Assembly (NCBI GenBank): GCA_964012435.1
Contig: CAXGSM010000005.1
Coordinates: 1 to 64,000 of the forward strand
DNA: 64,000 bases
From: an uncultured bacterium
GTDB taxonomy: Bacteria > UBP7 > UBA6624
Direction: 5' to 3'
Shown one piece after another: positions 8,947 to 19,127 of the stretch. A model generated the notes under the pieces. It had not been told where the DNA came from and did not search any database. It saw only the letters and a program-made list of their open reading frames with translations. Every line of letters begins with the position of its first letter. Within the stretch, counting starts at the first letter, position 1. A program made the translations under genes and the position numbers.

Positions 8947-11772
8947 ATGAGTGATCTTTTTGAATCTTTAGAACGTATACACACGGTAGATCTTTCTGAA
9001 ACTATGGAGGATGCATATTTAAATTATGCTATGTCCGTTATCTGTGGCCGTGCTCTTCCTGAATCAAGAGATGGATTGAAGCCAGTACAAAGAAGAATCT
9101 TGTTTGAAATGGGGAACATGAATCTTTCGCCTGGAAGGCCATATAGGAAATCTGCTCGTGTTGTTGGTTCTGTCATGGGTAAATGGCATCCTCATGGTGA
9201 TAGTGCTATCTATGATGCTCTGTCCAGAATGTCACAACCATTCTCATTGCGTTATCCTCTTGTTGATGGACATGGAAATTTTGGATCTATAGATGGTGAT
9301 AGGCCAGCGGCACAAAGATACACTGAATGCCGACTGTCGCCGATTGCTATGGAGATGCTGGCTGAAGTCGAACAGGAAACTGTAGATTGGCAGCAAAATT
9401 ATGACTCTTCAGATGAAGAGCCTGTCTTGCTTCCAAGCAGACTTCCAACACTTTTGATGAATGGATCAATGGGTGTGGCAGTTGGTGTAAGCACTGCAAT
9501 ACCACCACACAACCTCACAGAGCTTTTGGACGGTGCTTTGATGCTTCTAGAAAATCCTGAATCTGAGGTAGAAGATTTAATGGCCGTAATCAAGGGTCCC
9601 GATTTTCCTACAGGCGGTATTATTCAAGGTAAATCTGGAATCAAATCTTATATTAAAACAGGTGTTGGCTCAATTCGAATGCGAGCAAAAACAAAGATTC
9701 AAAGAGCAGAAGGAAGAAAGAACGCACAGATAATCATCACTGAGATCCCATATTTAGTTAAGAAACAAAATATCGTTTTACAAATGCATGAAGCTGCAAA
9801 CAAGGATCGAATAAGAGGAATAAAGGCGATTAGGGATGAGTCTGGACGAAAAGGCATCAGGATAGTTGTTGAGGTTTCAGCAAGACGAGACCCAAAGCTT
9901 GTTTTGCATCTACTTTTTAAACACACTGCTCTACAAAGTTCATTCCCGGCCCGAATGATAACCCTTGTTGATGGAGCACCCAAACCTTTACCATTAAAAG
10001 AATCCTTATTAAATTACATTAACCATCGTTCTGCTGTTGTAAAAAGAAGAACTGCTTTCGAATTGCATAAAGCGGAATCAAGAGCGCACATAGTTGAAGG
10101 TTTATTGGTAGCTTTGAAGGATATTGATGCTGTTATTGCAATCATTAAAGCAAGTAAAGATAGAGAGGCAGCAAAAGAAAACCTAAGCAAGAAGCTAAAG
10201 ATTTCTTCCTTGCAAGCCGATGCGATTGTAAGAATGCAATTAGGAACCCTGACTGGTTTAGAGGTTGAAAAATTGGAAGCTGAAATGAAAGAGCTTCAAA
10301 CAGCTATTGATTGGTATAAGAAAATATTAGGCGACGAAGAAACTTTAAATGGTGTTTTGCGAGAAGAGATGGAGGGTTGGAGAGACAAGTATGGTGATGC
10401 ACGTAGAACTAAAATTGACACAAGAGAAGCTGGTGACGAGATGGTTATACAACCAGAATTACAAGTCGTCATATTTACCGAAAAGAACTATATAAAAAGA
10501 ATACCTATTACTGATTTCAAAACATGGAGAAGAAGAGGACAAGGCATTAAAGGGATTACATTGCAGCAAGGAGACACTGTAAAACAGCTTGATCTTTGTT
10601 GGAATACTGATGAGCTTTTCATGTTCACAGATAAAGGCAAGATATATTCAATCCCTGTGTATGACGTTATTGAAGGGGGCAGGGGAGCAAGAGGCATTCC
10701 TGTACAAAACTACAGAAAAGAACTTCAACGCGAGAAGGTTGTGTGTATCAGGGCTAGAAAACAAGAAAAAGAAAGTCTTTTGATACTTACAGAAAAGGGA
10801 CGCGTAAAGCGATTAGCTCAAAAAGATGTTGCGAAAATCATGAAACCTGGAAAAAAGGTTATGAGAGTTGATAAAGGTGATCGAATCGTAAATGCTTTAT
10901 GGGTAGATGGTAATGATAGGGTTTTGACAGTTACAGCAAATGGCAAAGCTTCACATTTGCCAGCTTCTGAAATTAGAGTGATGGGGAGAGCTGCTGGCGG
11001 TGTTAAGGCAATGACGCTTGAAGCCACAAAGCGGGGCAAGATAATCGACAAGATTGTTGATGCTGGTATTGTTGGTTTGGAAGCTAAGGTTTCAGGGCGA
11101 CTATCTTCAATTGAGGAAAAGGATGATGGTTCAAAAACTTTGACCATAGAGCCAAAAGGAATCACAAAATTTTCTGGAAAAATTATTGATGCAGAAGGAA
11201 CCAAGGATAACTACATTGTCAAGATAGACACAGGATTAGCGCCTTTCCCAGAAAGAAATTTAAAATTCCCAGCAAGAAGCAAGCTGTTAGTTGAACCAGG
11301 AACAAAAGTTAAAGCTCTTGATGAGATTGTCCAAATGCCTGCAAAATACCAAAAACCAGTCAAACACACTGTTCCACAGCAAATGACCCTAGGTGTAAAG
11401 ATGGTAAAAAATAAAGAAACCATAATTCTCGCTGGTGATAGCCTAACTGTAGGAGATAGGGTTCTTTTTGTAACAGAGCAAGGTTTGGGCAAGCTTATGG
11501 ACGCTCATCTAGTACGAAAAACACATAGAGGCTCAAAGGGTGTTAAAGTTTATTCAATTAAAACACCCAAAGGATCTAAAAGAAAAGGTGTAGGAAGTCT
11601 TGCCAGATGTAGGGCTATTGGAAATGAAAAAGAGGTTGGCATAGCAACAACTGATGGAAAGATTTATAAGACTGAAATCCAAGAGATATCACAACAAAAA
11701 AGATCTAGTCGGGGTGTTATTGTTATTACGTTAAAGCCCGGTGACACTGTTGCAGATCTTGCAATTGTCTAA
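8947..11772 (+). CDS. gyrA: Type IIA topoisomerase subunit A (GyrA-type, ParC not excluded) with insertion in the C-terminal domain
   Basis: [20 protein letters not shown], catalytic [15 protein letters not shown], six beta-pinwheel repeats, variant GyrA box WRRRGQG. Confidence 0.85.
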   Translation: MSDLFESLERIHTVDLSETMEDAYLNYAMSVICGRALPESRDGLKPVQRRILFEMGNMNLSPGRPYRKSARVVGSVMGKWHPHGDSAIYDALSRMSQPFSLRYPLVDGHGNFGSIDGDRPAAQRYTECRLSPIAMEMLAEVEQETVDWQQNYDSSDEEPVLLPSRLPTLLMNGSMGVAVGVSTAIPPHNLTELLDGALMLLENPESEVEDLMAVIKGPDFPTGGIIQGKSGIKSYIKTGVGSIRMRAKTKIQRAEGRKNAQIIITEIPYLVKKQNIVLQMHEAANKDRIRGIKAIRDESGRKGIRIVVEVSARRDPKLVLHLLFKHTALQSSFPARMITLVDGAPKPLPLKESLLNYINHRSAVVKRRTAFELHKAESRAHIVEGLLVALKDIDAVIAIIKASKDREAAKENLSKKLKISSLQADAIVRMQLGTLTGLEVEKLEAEMKELQTAIDWYKKILGDEETLNGVLREEMEGWRDKYGDARRTKIDTREAGDEMVIQPELQVVIFTEKNYIKRIPITDFKTWRRRGQGIKGITLQQGDTVKQLDLCWNTDELFMFTDKGKIYSIPVYDVIEGGRGARGIPVQNYRKELQREKVVCIRARKQEKESLLILTEKGRVKRLAQKDVAKIMKPGKKVMRVDKGDRIVNALWVDGNDRVLTVTANGKASHLPASEIRVMGRAAGGVKAMTLEATKRGKIIDKIVDAGIVGLEAKVSGRLSSIEEKDDGSKTLTIEPKGITKFSGKIIDAEGTKDNYIVKIDTGLAPFPERNLKFPARSKLLVEPGTKVKALDEIVQMPAKYQKPVKHTVPQQMTLGVKMVKNKETIILAGDSLTVGDRVLFVTEQGLGKLMDAHLVRKTHRGSKGVKVYSIKTPKGSKRKGVGSLARCRAIGNEKEVGIATTDGKIYKTEIQEISQQKRSSRGVIVITLKPGDTVADLAIV

Positions 11773-12322
11773 TTTTGATTTTTTTTATCTTGGGAAAAAA
11801 TCCCTCACAACACATTTTCATTACAAGCCTGAAGCATTAAGCTCTTTCAATAAATTTTTAAATTCAGGAGGCATGTGTTTTTTTGAATCTTTGATACCAG
11901 ATGATATATTCAAAGATGCCCGACTAGAACGATCAAAAAGATATCTTTCTGTAAGGGTTTGTTCAACAGGTGTTTTTTTGAGGGAATTTCCCACAGGAAA
12001 GAATACTAAAATTTCTTATTCTGAAATGGATTTAAAAAATGAAAATGGATTATTAGGCGTGCAAATGAACCGTATTGCTCAGATGGTTAATTGTGTTGAT
12101 TATGCTTTCCTTGTGGTTGATTTGCATGAATACGACACCGAAAACAAGAATGATCAAAATGAAATCGAAAAGCTTGATCCTTTTTGGTCATTGTTGCAAC
12201 TTTTGAGGAAGGTTAATTTGGTAGTTTTTGAGCATTCTTGCAATGTTAAAACAAACAGATTGATGATTGACTTAAATAGTTTCCTGTTTTCAAAACTTTC
12301 AGCGATTGTTTTTAAAAAATAG
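11741..12322 (+). CDS. Hypothetical protein
   Basis: ORF fills the gap between gyrA and sco; no recognisable motif; start uncertain. Confidence 0.5.
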   Translation: MTLLQILQLSNFDFFYLGKKSLTTHFHYKPEALSSFNKFLNSGGMCFFESLIPDDIFKDARLERSKRYLSVRVCSTGVFLREFPTGKNTKISYSEMDLKNENGLLGVQMNRIAQMVNCVDYAFLVVDLHEYDTENKNDQNEIEKLDPFWSLLQLLRKVNLVVFEHSCNVKTNRLMIDLNSFLFSKLSAIVFKK

Positions 12323-12324
12323 CT

Positions 12325-12942
12325 TTAATCAGATATGTTTTGATACAAGCCAAAAAGTTTTTCTTCAAAATTTTGTTCATTAAACCTAACAACAGCTCTA
12401 ACAACATTATTTTTATCGACTAGTAGAAGGTAGTTAGCATGAGCAATATCGAATAAACCATCATTTTGAACTTCATCCATTCCGCTCTTGAAACCATTTA
12501 CTACAATGTTTCTGATTTCATCCTTGTCACCGGTTAGGAAACTCCATTTTTTTTCATTTAGTGACATTTCTTGGATATATTCCTTCAGTCGCTCAGGGTT
12601 ATCGTGTTGTGGATCAACGGTAATGCTGATTAGCTCAAGTCCAATACCTGGATACTGCTCTTTAAAGGTTTTTAATTTGGACATTTGCATTGGACACACG
12701 CTTCTGCATTTCGTAAAAAAGAAATTTACAGCCCAGTATTTTCCAACCATTTCTTCACTGGAGAATTGAATTCCATTTTGATCAATGAGGTTAAAAGAAG
12801 GTGCTTCAAAAAGTTCTGGTAATGAATTTTTTCTCATATTGATTGCAAAATAAATTAAAACAATTGGAAGAATAATCATGATTATGAATATTGGCTTTAT
12901 CCATTTTTTTGCTTCGGAATAATCTTTAGGTATCTTTATCAT
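12325..12942 (-). CDS. sco: SCO1/SenC family copper chaperone
   Basis: N-terminal TM, FFTKCRSVCP (CxxxC), SITVDPQHD, conserved His in IAHAN; divergent from the cta operon. Confidence 0.93.
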   Translation of the reverse strand: MIKIPKDYSEAKKWIKPIFIIMIILPIVLIYFAINMRKNSLPELFEAPSFNLIDQNGIQFSSEEMVGKYWAVNFFFTKCRSVCPMQMSKLKTFKEQYPGIGLELISITVDPQHDNPERLKEYIQEMSLNEKKWSFLTGDKDEIRNIVVNGFKSGMDEVQNDGLFDIAHANYLLLVDKNNVVRAVVRFNEQNFEEKLFGLYQNISD

Positions 12943-12986
12943 GTTGTCTAATTTTATTTTTAAAGTTTAGAATCGAGTCTTGATTA

Positions 12987-13793
12987 ATGATACAAAAAAA
13001 TCTTAAAATTACAATTTTTGCAACAATTTTTTTAATTGCATTGGGTGCTTATACGACTGCAAGTGGGTCAGGAATGGGTTGTGCTGACGTCTATCCTCTC
13101 TGTGATAGTGGTTGGTTGCCAAATTTTGATAATCCTGAGCAAGTCACAGAATGGCTCCACAGACTTGGAGCAGCCATTGTAGGACTTTGTGCATTTTTTG
13201 CATTTTTTAAATCTTTTAAAACACCATTTAAGAAAATTGCCACTATTTCATGCTTGATTCTTTTGTTTCAGGGTGCGCTTGGGGCATTTACAGTAAAAAC
13301 AGAATTAGAGGAGCCTTGGTTGATTTTTGGACACCTCTTTACAAGCATGTTGTTTTTGGGTTCATTAGCAGCCTGGTATTCAGCTACAGAAAGCTTAAAA
13401 GTTAATCAGGATACTTTACCATTCAAAAAGATATCTAAAATTTGTTGTATATTCACAATGTTGCAGATTGCTATTGGCGCAATGCATGTGCATCTTTTCA
13501 AGGGTTCTGCACACGTTTTAATAACTCATATTGTTCTGGGCTTTTTGGTTGCAGGTTTTTCTATGAGTTCAATGGCAAGGGCAAAAAGAACCAAACAGGA
13601 TAAAAAAACCATCATGAGAAGTTCATGGGCTGCTTATCTTTCGGTTGTACAAATCCTCTTAGGGGCGGGCGTATTTTTATCTATGGCAGCCCCTAGCTAT
13701 CCTCCCTATATCACCCTGCATTTAATGATTGCTGCGATTATTTGGTTTATTCATGTTTTGAATTTTTTCACAAAGGTTGAACAGCCTAGTTGA
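12987..13793 (+). CDS. ctaA: Heme A synthase (COX15/CtaA)
   Basis: GMGCADVYPLC Cys pair, EWLHR, multiple TM helices with His residues. Confidence 0.9.
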   Translation: MIQKNLKITIFATIFLIALGAYTTASGSGMGCADVYPLCDSGWLPNFDNPEQVTEWLHRLGAAIVGLCAFFAFFKSFKTPFKKIATISCLILLFQGALGAFTVKTELEEPWLIFGHLFTSMLFLGSLAAWYSATESLKVNQDTLPFKKISKICCIFTMLQIAIGAMHVHLFKGSAHVLITHIVLGFLVAGFSMSSMARAKRTKQDKKTIMRSSWAAYLSVVQILLGAGVFLSMAAPSYPPYITLHLMIAAIIWFIHVLNFFTKVEQPS

Positions 13794-14734
13794 AAAACAG
13801 TTATCCATATCTTGATATCACAAAGCCAAGAATAACCTTTTTGGTTTTATTAAGTACCGCTGTTGGTTTTTTTGCGGGTATTGCTGACTGGAACTCAGAC
13901 CCCTCTTTCAGGATTGCTTCATCTTTACCAACATACATAGAATCACACGGAGGAATTGCTAAGTTTTGGCAAAGTTTTTTGTTTTTGCTTTTAGGAACCG
14001 GTTTGGCTTCTGCAGCTGGTAGTGTTTTCAATAACATCCTTGATCGAGACATGGATGCTTTAATGGATAGAACGAAAAAAAGAGCCATGCCCAGAAAAAA
14101 AATCAAAGTAAAAGATGCTGCATTTTATGCTTATTTTCTTTTGTTTTCTGGAGTATTAATTCTTTATTATTATTGCAATTTCATCTCAGCAGTATTGGTT
14201 TTTTTAGCAGTTTTTCTTTATGTAGTTTATACATTTTTCTTAAAGCGAAAAACTTCATTTTGCACTGTTGTAGGTGGTGTGCCAGGGGCTTTGCCACCCT
14301 TGGTTGGGTATGCTGCAGCTCTTAATAGCTGGGGTGATCTGTCCGGTGTTTCTTGGATGTTGTTTTATGTTATGTTTTTTTGGCAACCACCTCACTTTTG
14401 GGCTTTAGCACTAATGTATAAGGATGATTACAAAAAAACTGTTTTCAAAATGCTACCTGTTACCGATTCGATTGATACAACAAAAAAACAAATTCTTATT
14501 TACACAATTGTGATGGCAGTGTTTGTTTTTATGTTCACAATAGAGTTCGTCAATCAGTTATTTATACAAATCCTTTTGGTTTTAGTAGCGCTCCATTATC
14601 TTAGAGACACTTTGCTGTTTGTTTCAAAACAGGGAAATAAAAAATCAGCAAAAGCATTATTTAAAACATCAGTATTTTTTATGGGCCTGTTTATGGTGTT
14701 TTTGTTGATTGAATTTGTGCCTTTGAGCTATTGA
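13790..14734 (+). CDS. ctaB: Protoheme IX farnesyltransferase (heme O synthase)
   Basis: TKPRI, NNILDRDMDALMDRT, GGVPGALPPL, FWQPPHFWALA. Confidence 0.95.
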   Translation: MKNSYPYLDITKPRITFLVLLSTAVGFFAGIADWNSDPSFRIASSLPTYIESHGGIAKFWQSFLFLLLGTGLASAAGSVFNNILDRDMDALMDRTKKRAMPRKKIKVKDAAFYAYFLLFSGVLILYYYCNFISAVLVFLAVFLYVVYTFFLKRKTSFCTVVGGVPGALPPLVGYAAALNSWGDLSGVSWMLFYVMFFWQPPHFWALALMYKDDYKKTVFKMLPVTDSIDTTKKQILIYTIVMAVFVFMFTIEFVNQLFIQILLVLVALHYLRDTLLFVSKQGNKKSAKALFKTSVFFMGLFMVFLLIEFVPLSY

Positions 14735-14752
14735 ACAGTTATACAATACCCT

Positions 14753-15751
14753 TTGGTTATGTTTTTAGATTTTATTCTTGCGCCACAAATGTATGACTGG
14801 CTTGATCCAGCAGGCCCCGTAGCATCAGACCAAAAAGATTTATTCTTTTTCACCCTTTATTTATGTGTCGGAATATTTGTTATCGTGGGCGGCTTTATGC
14901 TTTATTCAATTTTGAAATTCAAAGCTAAGCCAGGTGATGAAGAATTGCCCGATCAAGAACATGGCAGCACTCAGTTAGAGGTTGGATTAATGATTGTTTC
15001 TGGTATCCTTGTTGCCATAATAGCGGTTCCAAATGTTAAGCTTCTTTATAAGTTAGCCAAACCCCCAAGAGGGTCAGATCCTTTGCAAATTAATGCCATA
15101 GGACATCAATTTTGGTGGGAGTTTGAAATACCTGAATACGGAGTTGAAACAGCAAATGAATTTAAGATACCAGTCGGTAGGCCAGTAGAGTTTAACGTTA
15201 GCTCTGTAGATGTCATTCATAGTTTTTGGGTTCCTAGACTAGCTGGTAAGGTTGATGCTGTACCAGGCCGTGATAATTATTTATGGTTTCAAGCTGATGA
15301 AGAGGGTTGGTATTCTGGGCAGTGTGCTGAATTATGTGGTGCCTCTCATGCCAAGATGAAATTTGAAGTTCAAGCTGTTAATGAGGAAGATTTTTTGCTT
15401 TGGGTCGAAAAAGAATCCTCTCCTGCAAGACAGCCTACTACGGATTTAGCGAAAGAGGGAAAAGATCTTTTTTTAACAAAAATGTGTGTTACATGCCATG
15501 CAGTCAAAGGTTATGATGGTGCTATTGGCATCACTGGACCAAATTTATCTCATTTTGGAAATCGAAGAAAGCTAGCTGGCATGTGGATCGAAAATAATCA
15601 GGAAAATCTTGAAAATTGGTTGGCTAATCCAGCCAAATTTAAGCCAGATAATATCATGGCCCTTCAGGCACCAATGTATATTGATGAAAATTTCGCTTTA
15701 ACCAAAGATGAAATTGAAAAATTAGCAGCATATCTCAAGGAGCTTTACTGA
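14753..15751 (+). CDS. ctaC: Cytochrome c oxidase subunit II with fused cytochrome c (caa3-type)
   Basis: DVIHSFW and CAELCGASHAKM (CuA), then CVTCH heme c motif and GPNL; start could be ATG 14759. Confidence 0.95.
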   Translation: MVMFLDFILAPQMYDWLDPAGPVASDQKDLFFFTLYLCVGIFVIVGGFMLYSILKFKAKPGDEELPDQEHGSTQLEVGLMIVSGILVAIIAVPNVKLLYKLAKPPRGSDPLQINAIGHQFWWEFEIPEYGVETANEFKIPVGRPVEFNVSSVDVIHSFWVPRLAGKVDAVPGRDNYLWFQADEEGWYSGQCAELCGASHAKMKFEVQAVNEEDFLLWVEKESSPARQPTTDLAKEGKDLFLTKMCVTCHAVKGYDGAIGITGPNLSHFGNRRKLAGMWIENNQENLENWLANPAKFKPDNIMALQAPMYIDENFALTKDEIEKLAAYLKELY

Positions 15752-17622
15752 TGTCAGGACACGGCCCTAAACTAGCTTTACCAAAGTTCCTTTCATTTTT
15801 GCGCAATAGGCCTACAAAAGAAAATGGTTTAGTTAGTTGGCTAACAACAGTCGACCATAAAAGAATTGGAATACTTTATTTGTACACTTCATTTTTCTTT
15901 TTGTTTGTTGGCGGTATCGAAGCCCTGTTTGTAAGAACTCAATTATCAGCCAATGATTTAGAAATTTTTGTTGGTTCAACTTATAACCAGTTGGTTACCA
16001 TGCATGCTACAACAATGATTTTCCTTGCAATAATGCCGCTTGCTGCAGCATTTTTTAATTTCATGATCCCCTTGCAGATAGGTGCTCGTGATGTTGCTTT
16101 TCCAAGGTTAAATGCTTTTTCTTATTTTATGTATCTGGCTGGTGGGATTGTTTTGAATGCTTCTTGGTTTATGGGCGGTGCTTCAGATGTTGGATGGTTT
16201 GCTTATGCACCTTTGACATCATCAACATACAGTCCAACGCATGGTGTGGATTTTTGGATTTTAGGATTAATTCTTACAGGTATATCTTCAACTGTAGCTG
16301 CAATTAATTTCATAGTCACAATCATCAATATGAGAGCCCCAGGAATGACACTAATGAAAATGCCTGTTTTTTCATGGATGGCTTTTGTCACAGCTTTCTT
16401 GCTTGCTTTTGCTCTTCCGGTAATAACCATTGCGCTCATTATTCTTTTCATGGATAGAAATTATGGCACAACATTTTTTCAAACTGCAGCAGGCGGAGAC
16501 CCTATATTATGGCAACATCTTTTTTGGGTATTCGGACACCCTGAAGTTTATATTATTGTTTTGCCAGCATTTGGTATAGTTTCAGAAATAATACCTGTTT
16601 TTTCAAAGAAACCTTTATTTGGGTATAAGTTAGTTGTGCTTTCAGGTGCTGCTATTGGATTTATGGGCTTTACGGTTTGGAGCCATCATATGTTTACTGT
16701 TGGCATGGGGCCAATTGTGAATTCTGCATTTTCGATTACAACAGCAGCCATTGCGATTCCAACTGGAGTCAAGATATTTAATTGGATTTTGACACTTTGG
16801 AATGGAAAAATTAAATTTTCTGTTCCAATGATGTATGCGACTGCATTGGTCTTTTTGTTTATGGTTGGTGGTTTTTCAGGGCTGATGCATGGTGCAGCTG
16901 CTTCCGACTTCCAGCAACACGATACTTATTTTGTTGTTGCGCATTTTCATTACACAATTTTAGGTGGTGGTCTGTTTGGATTTTTAGCTGGTACTGTTTA
17001 CTGGTTGCCCAAATTTTTTGGAAAGATTATGGACGAAGAGCGTGGCCGAAAAATTTTCTGGTGGATTTTTGCTAGTTTCAATTTAACGTTTTTCCCTATG
17101 CATTTCTTAGGCACAGGCGGTATGCCTAGAAGGATATATACATATTCAGCCGATATGGAATGGACTGCATTAAATGGCTTTATAACACTGGCTTCATTCG
17201 TTTTAGGAATTACTTTACTTGTCTTTTTTATAGAGGTTATTAAAGCTGTTAAAAGTAAAAACAAAGCTTCAGCAGATCCATGGGATGCACGTACTCTTGA
17301 ATGGAGCATTCCCTCACCTCCGCCAGTCTACAACTTTGCAGATTTACCTAAAGTTGAAAAGGTTGATGAGTTTTGGGAAAGTAAAATTTCCAACAAGCCA
17401 ATCAAAACATTGCCTAGGGACCCTCATGGAATCCATATGCCAGGTAAATCATGGATGCCATTAATCACCTCAGTCGGTTTAATGTTAGCTTCTTTTGGAG
17501 CTATTTATCAATCTGATTTGAGGTATATCGGATTAGGTATTTTCTTATTAGCTTATTATGGCTGGGCTTTAGAGGGGGATGCTGAATATTATCTTCCATA
17601 CCCAAAGAAGGGAAAGAAATAA
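15751..17622 (+). CDS. ctaD: Cytochrome c oxidase subunit I (A1-type)
   Basis: GHPEVY, WSHH, AHFHY, GMPRR; two extra C-terminal helices as in Bacillus-type enzymes. Confidence 0.97.
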   Translation: MSGHGPKLALPKFLSFLRNRPTKENGLVSWLTTVDHKRIGILYLYTSFFFLFVGGIEALFVRTQLSANDLEIFVGSTYNQLVTMHATTMIFLAIMPLAAAFFNFMIPLQIGARDVAFPRLNAFSYFMYLAGGIVLNASWFMGGASDVGWFAYAPLTSSTYSPTHGVDFWILGLILTGISSTVAAINFIVTIINMRAPGMTLMKMPVFSWMAFVTAFLLAFALPVITIALIILFMDRNYGTTFFQTAAGGDPILWQHLFWVFGHPEVYIIVLPAFGIVSEIIPVFSKKPLFGYKLVVLSGAAIGFMGFTVWSHHMFTVGMGPIVNSAFSITTAAIAIPTGVKIFNWILTLWNGKIKFSVPMMYATALVFLFMVGGFSGLMHGAAASDFQQHDTYFVVAHFHYTILGGGLFGFLAGTVYWLPKFFGKIMDEERGRKIFWWIFASFNLTFFPMHFLGTGGMPRRIYTYSADMEWTALNGFITLASFVLGITLLVFFIEVIKAVKSKNKASADPWDARTLEWSIPSPPPVYNFADLPKVEKVDEFWESKISNKPIKTLPRDPHGIHMPGKSWMPLITSVGLMLASFGAIYQSDLRYIGLGIFLLAYYGWALEGDAEYYLPYPKKGKK

Positions 17623-18374
17623 TGGAAGCTTTAAAGCTGCAACCTGTAATTACAGCTTTTTCTGTATTTGGTGTCTTTGTCTGTATTGTTTTGACCTATT
17701 ACGCCTTGGTGAATCTTTTTAAAAGCTTCCCTCGTATAAGGTCCAAAAAAGATAAAGAAGCCATAATGGATGAAGACGCCGATGCACATCACCATGTAGA
17801 AACATACACAGGAGAACCAAATATAAAACTTTTTTGGTGGGTATTTTTAGCTTCTGACTGTATGTTTTTTGGATCCTTGATTACAGCTTATTTGATTTAC
17901 AAGGGCCAAAGCCTTGTTGGTCCTTATCCATTGGATGTTTTTGACATGGAACTAACCACAATAAGTACATTCATCTTGCTTTTGAGTAGTTTTTTTATGG
18001 TTTTAACTTTGTCATCCATTCAAAAAGGAGATTTAGGCAAGTTTAGATTTTGGTGTTTTTCAACATTTTTATGCGGTCTTACTTTTTTAGGTTTTCAGGT
18101 TTATGAATTTGAGCACTTCATACATGAGGGTTTGCGATTAAAAACCAATTTGTTTGGAAGCACTTTTTATCTCTTGACAGGTACCCATGGTGTGCACGTT
18201 GCGATCGGTGTTTTGTGGCTTTTGGGAATGTTTATTTATTCTTTCTGGGGTGGTATCACCAAGGAAAGGGCTATAGAGGTGGAGATTGCCGGACTATATT
18301 GGCATTTTGTTGATGTTGTTTGGATTGTTATTTTTTCTGTAATTTATTTAATGGAGCTACCAATCGGAGGTTAA
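17622..18374 (+). CDS. ctaE: Cytochrome c oxidase subunit III
   Basis: FLASDCMFF, TGTHGVHV, GLYWHFVDVVW; TAATG overlap with ctaD. Confidence 0.95.
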   Translation: MEALKLQPVITAFSVFGVFVCIVLTYYALVNLFKSFPRIRSKKDKEAIMDEDADAHHHVETYTGEPNIKLFWWVFLASDCMFFGSLITAYLIYKGQSLVGPYPLDVFDMELTTISTFILLLSSFFMVLTLSSIQKGDLGKFRFWCFSTFLCGLTFLGFQVYEFEHFIHEGLRLKTNLFGSTFYLLTGTHGVHVAIGVLWLLGMFIYSFWGGITKERAIEVEIAGLYWHFVDVVWIVIFSVIYLMELPIGG

Positions 18375-18378
18375 TTTT

Positions 18379-19122
18379 ATGTCAGACAATAAAGACCATG
18401 CATCTGTAAAACAATATACACAGGTTGCAATTATTTTAGCTTTGATAACTTGGCTTGAAGTAGTCATGCCGAACTGGCCTGTTCAGTGGGTCTTTACATT
18501 TGGCTTGCTGATTTTGGCAATTTTTAAATTCATCTACGTAATACAGATTTTTATGCATCTTAAATATGACAACAAGTTTTTCACAGCATTGTTGTTGTTC
18601 GGATTGTTTCTAGCTGTAGGAACAATTTCAGCATTAATGAAAATTTATGATAGAGACTTTACCCTTCCATCATTTATGGTGCAGTCAATGGGGAATGAAG
18701 AGAGCAGTAAGGATAACTCTGATGACTCTAATGAAGCGAATGTAGTTGAAGATTGTGACGAAAGGGTGCCTTTTGATATAGAGATTATTGCTTCTGATCC
18801 TATGAATTTTGATATAGATGAAATAGTGGTTCCTTCTTGCTCAACAATAACACTAACTCTTGTAAATGATTCAAACATGGAGCATAATTTTGTTCTTATA
18901 TCAGAGGGAAAAGGAAATGAAATTGCTATAGCTGCAGTTGATGCAGGGCCTTTGAATAACTATGTCCCAGAATCAGAAGATATCCTTTTTGGAGGAGCTC
19001 TTGTTAAGCCTCAAGTTACTGAATCTTTTACATTTGACTCTCCTCCAGTTGGCGAGTATGAATTTTTATGCACTTTCCCCGGTCATTATGTATTCATGAA
19101 AGGTTCTTTTACAGTTGAGTAA
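18379..19122 (+). CDS. ctaF: Cytochrome c oxidase subunit IV fused to a C-terminal azurin/auracyanin-like cupredoxin
   Basis: Three TM helices with KF..V...FMHLKYD, acidic linker, then MEHNFVL and YEFLCTFPGHYVFM. Confidence 0.9.
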   Translation: MSDNKDHASVKQYTQVAIILALITWLEVVMPNWPVQWVFTFGLLILAIFKFIYVIQIFMHLKYDNKFFTALLLFGLFLAVGTISALMKIYDRDFTLPSFMVQSMGNEESSKDNSDDSNEANVVEDCDERVPFDIEIIASDPMNFDIDEIVVPSCSTITLTLVNDSNMEHNFVLISEGKGNEIAIAAVDAGPLNNYVPESEDILFGGALVKPQVTESFTFDSPPVGEYEFLCTFPGHYVFMKGSFTVE

Positions 19123-19127
19123 AGCTA

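Noticed and set aside
11077..11451. GyrA insertion as an intein
   Set aside because: No N-terminal Cys/Ser splice motif, no His-Asn followed by Cys/Ser/Thr at its end, no homing endonuclease motif, and it is not at the known GyrA intein site next to the catalytic Tyr.
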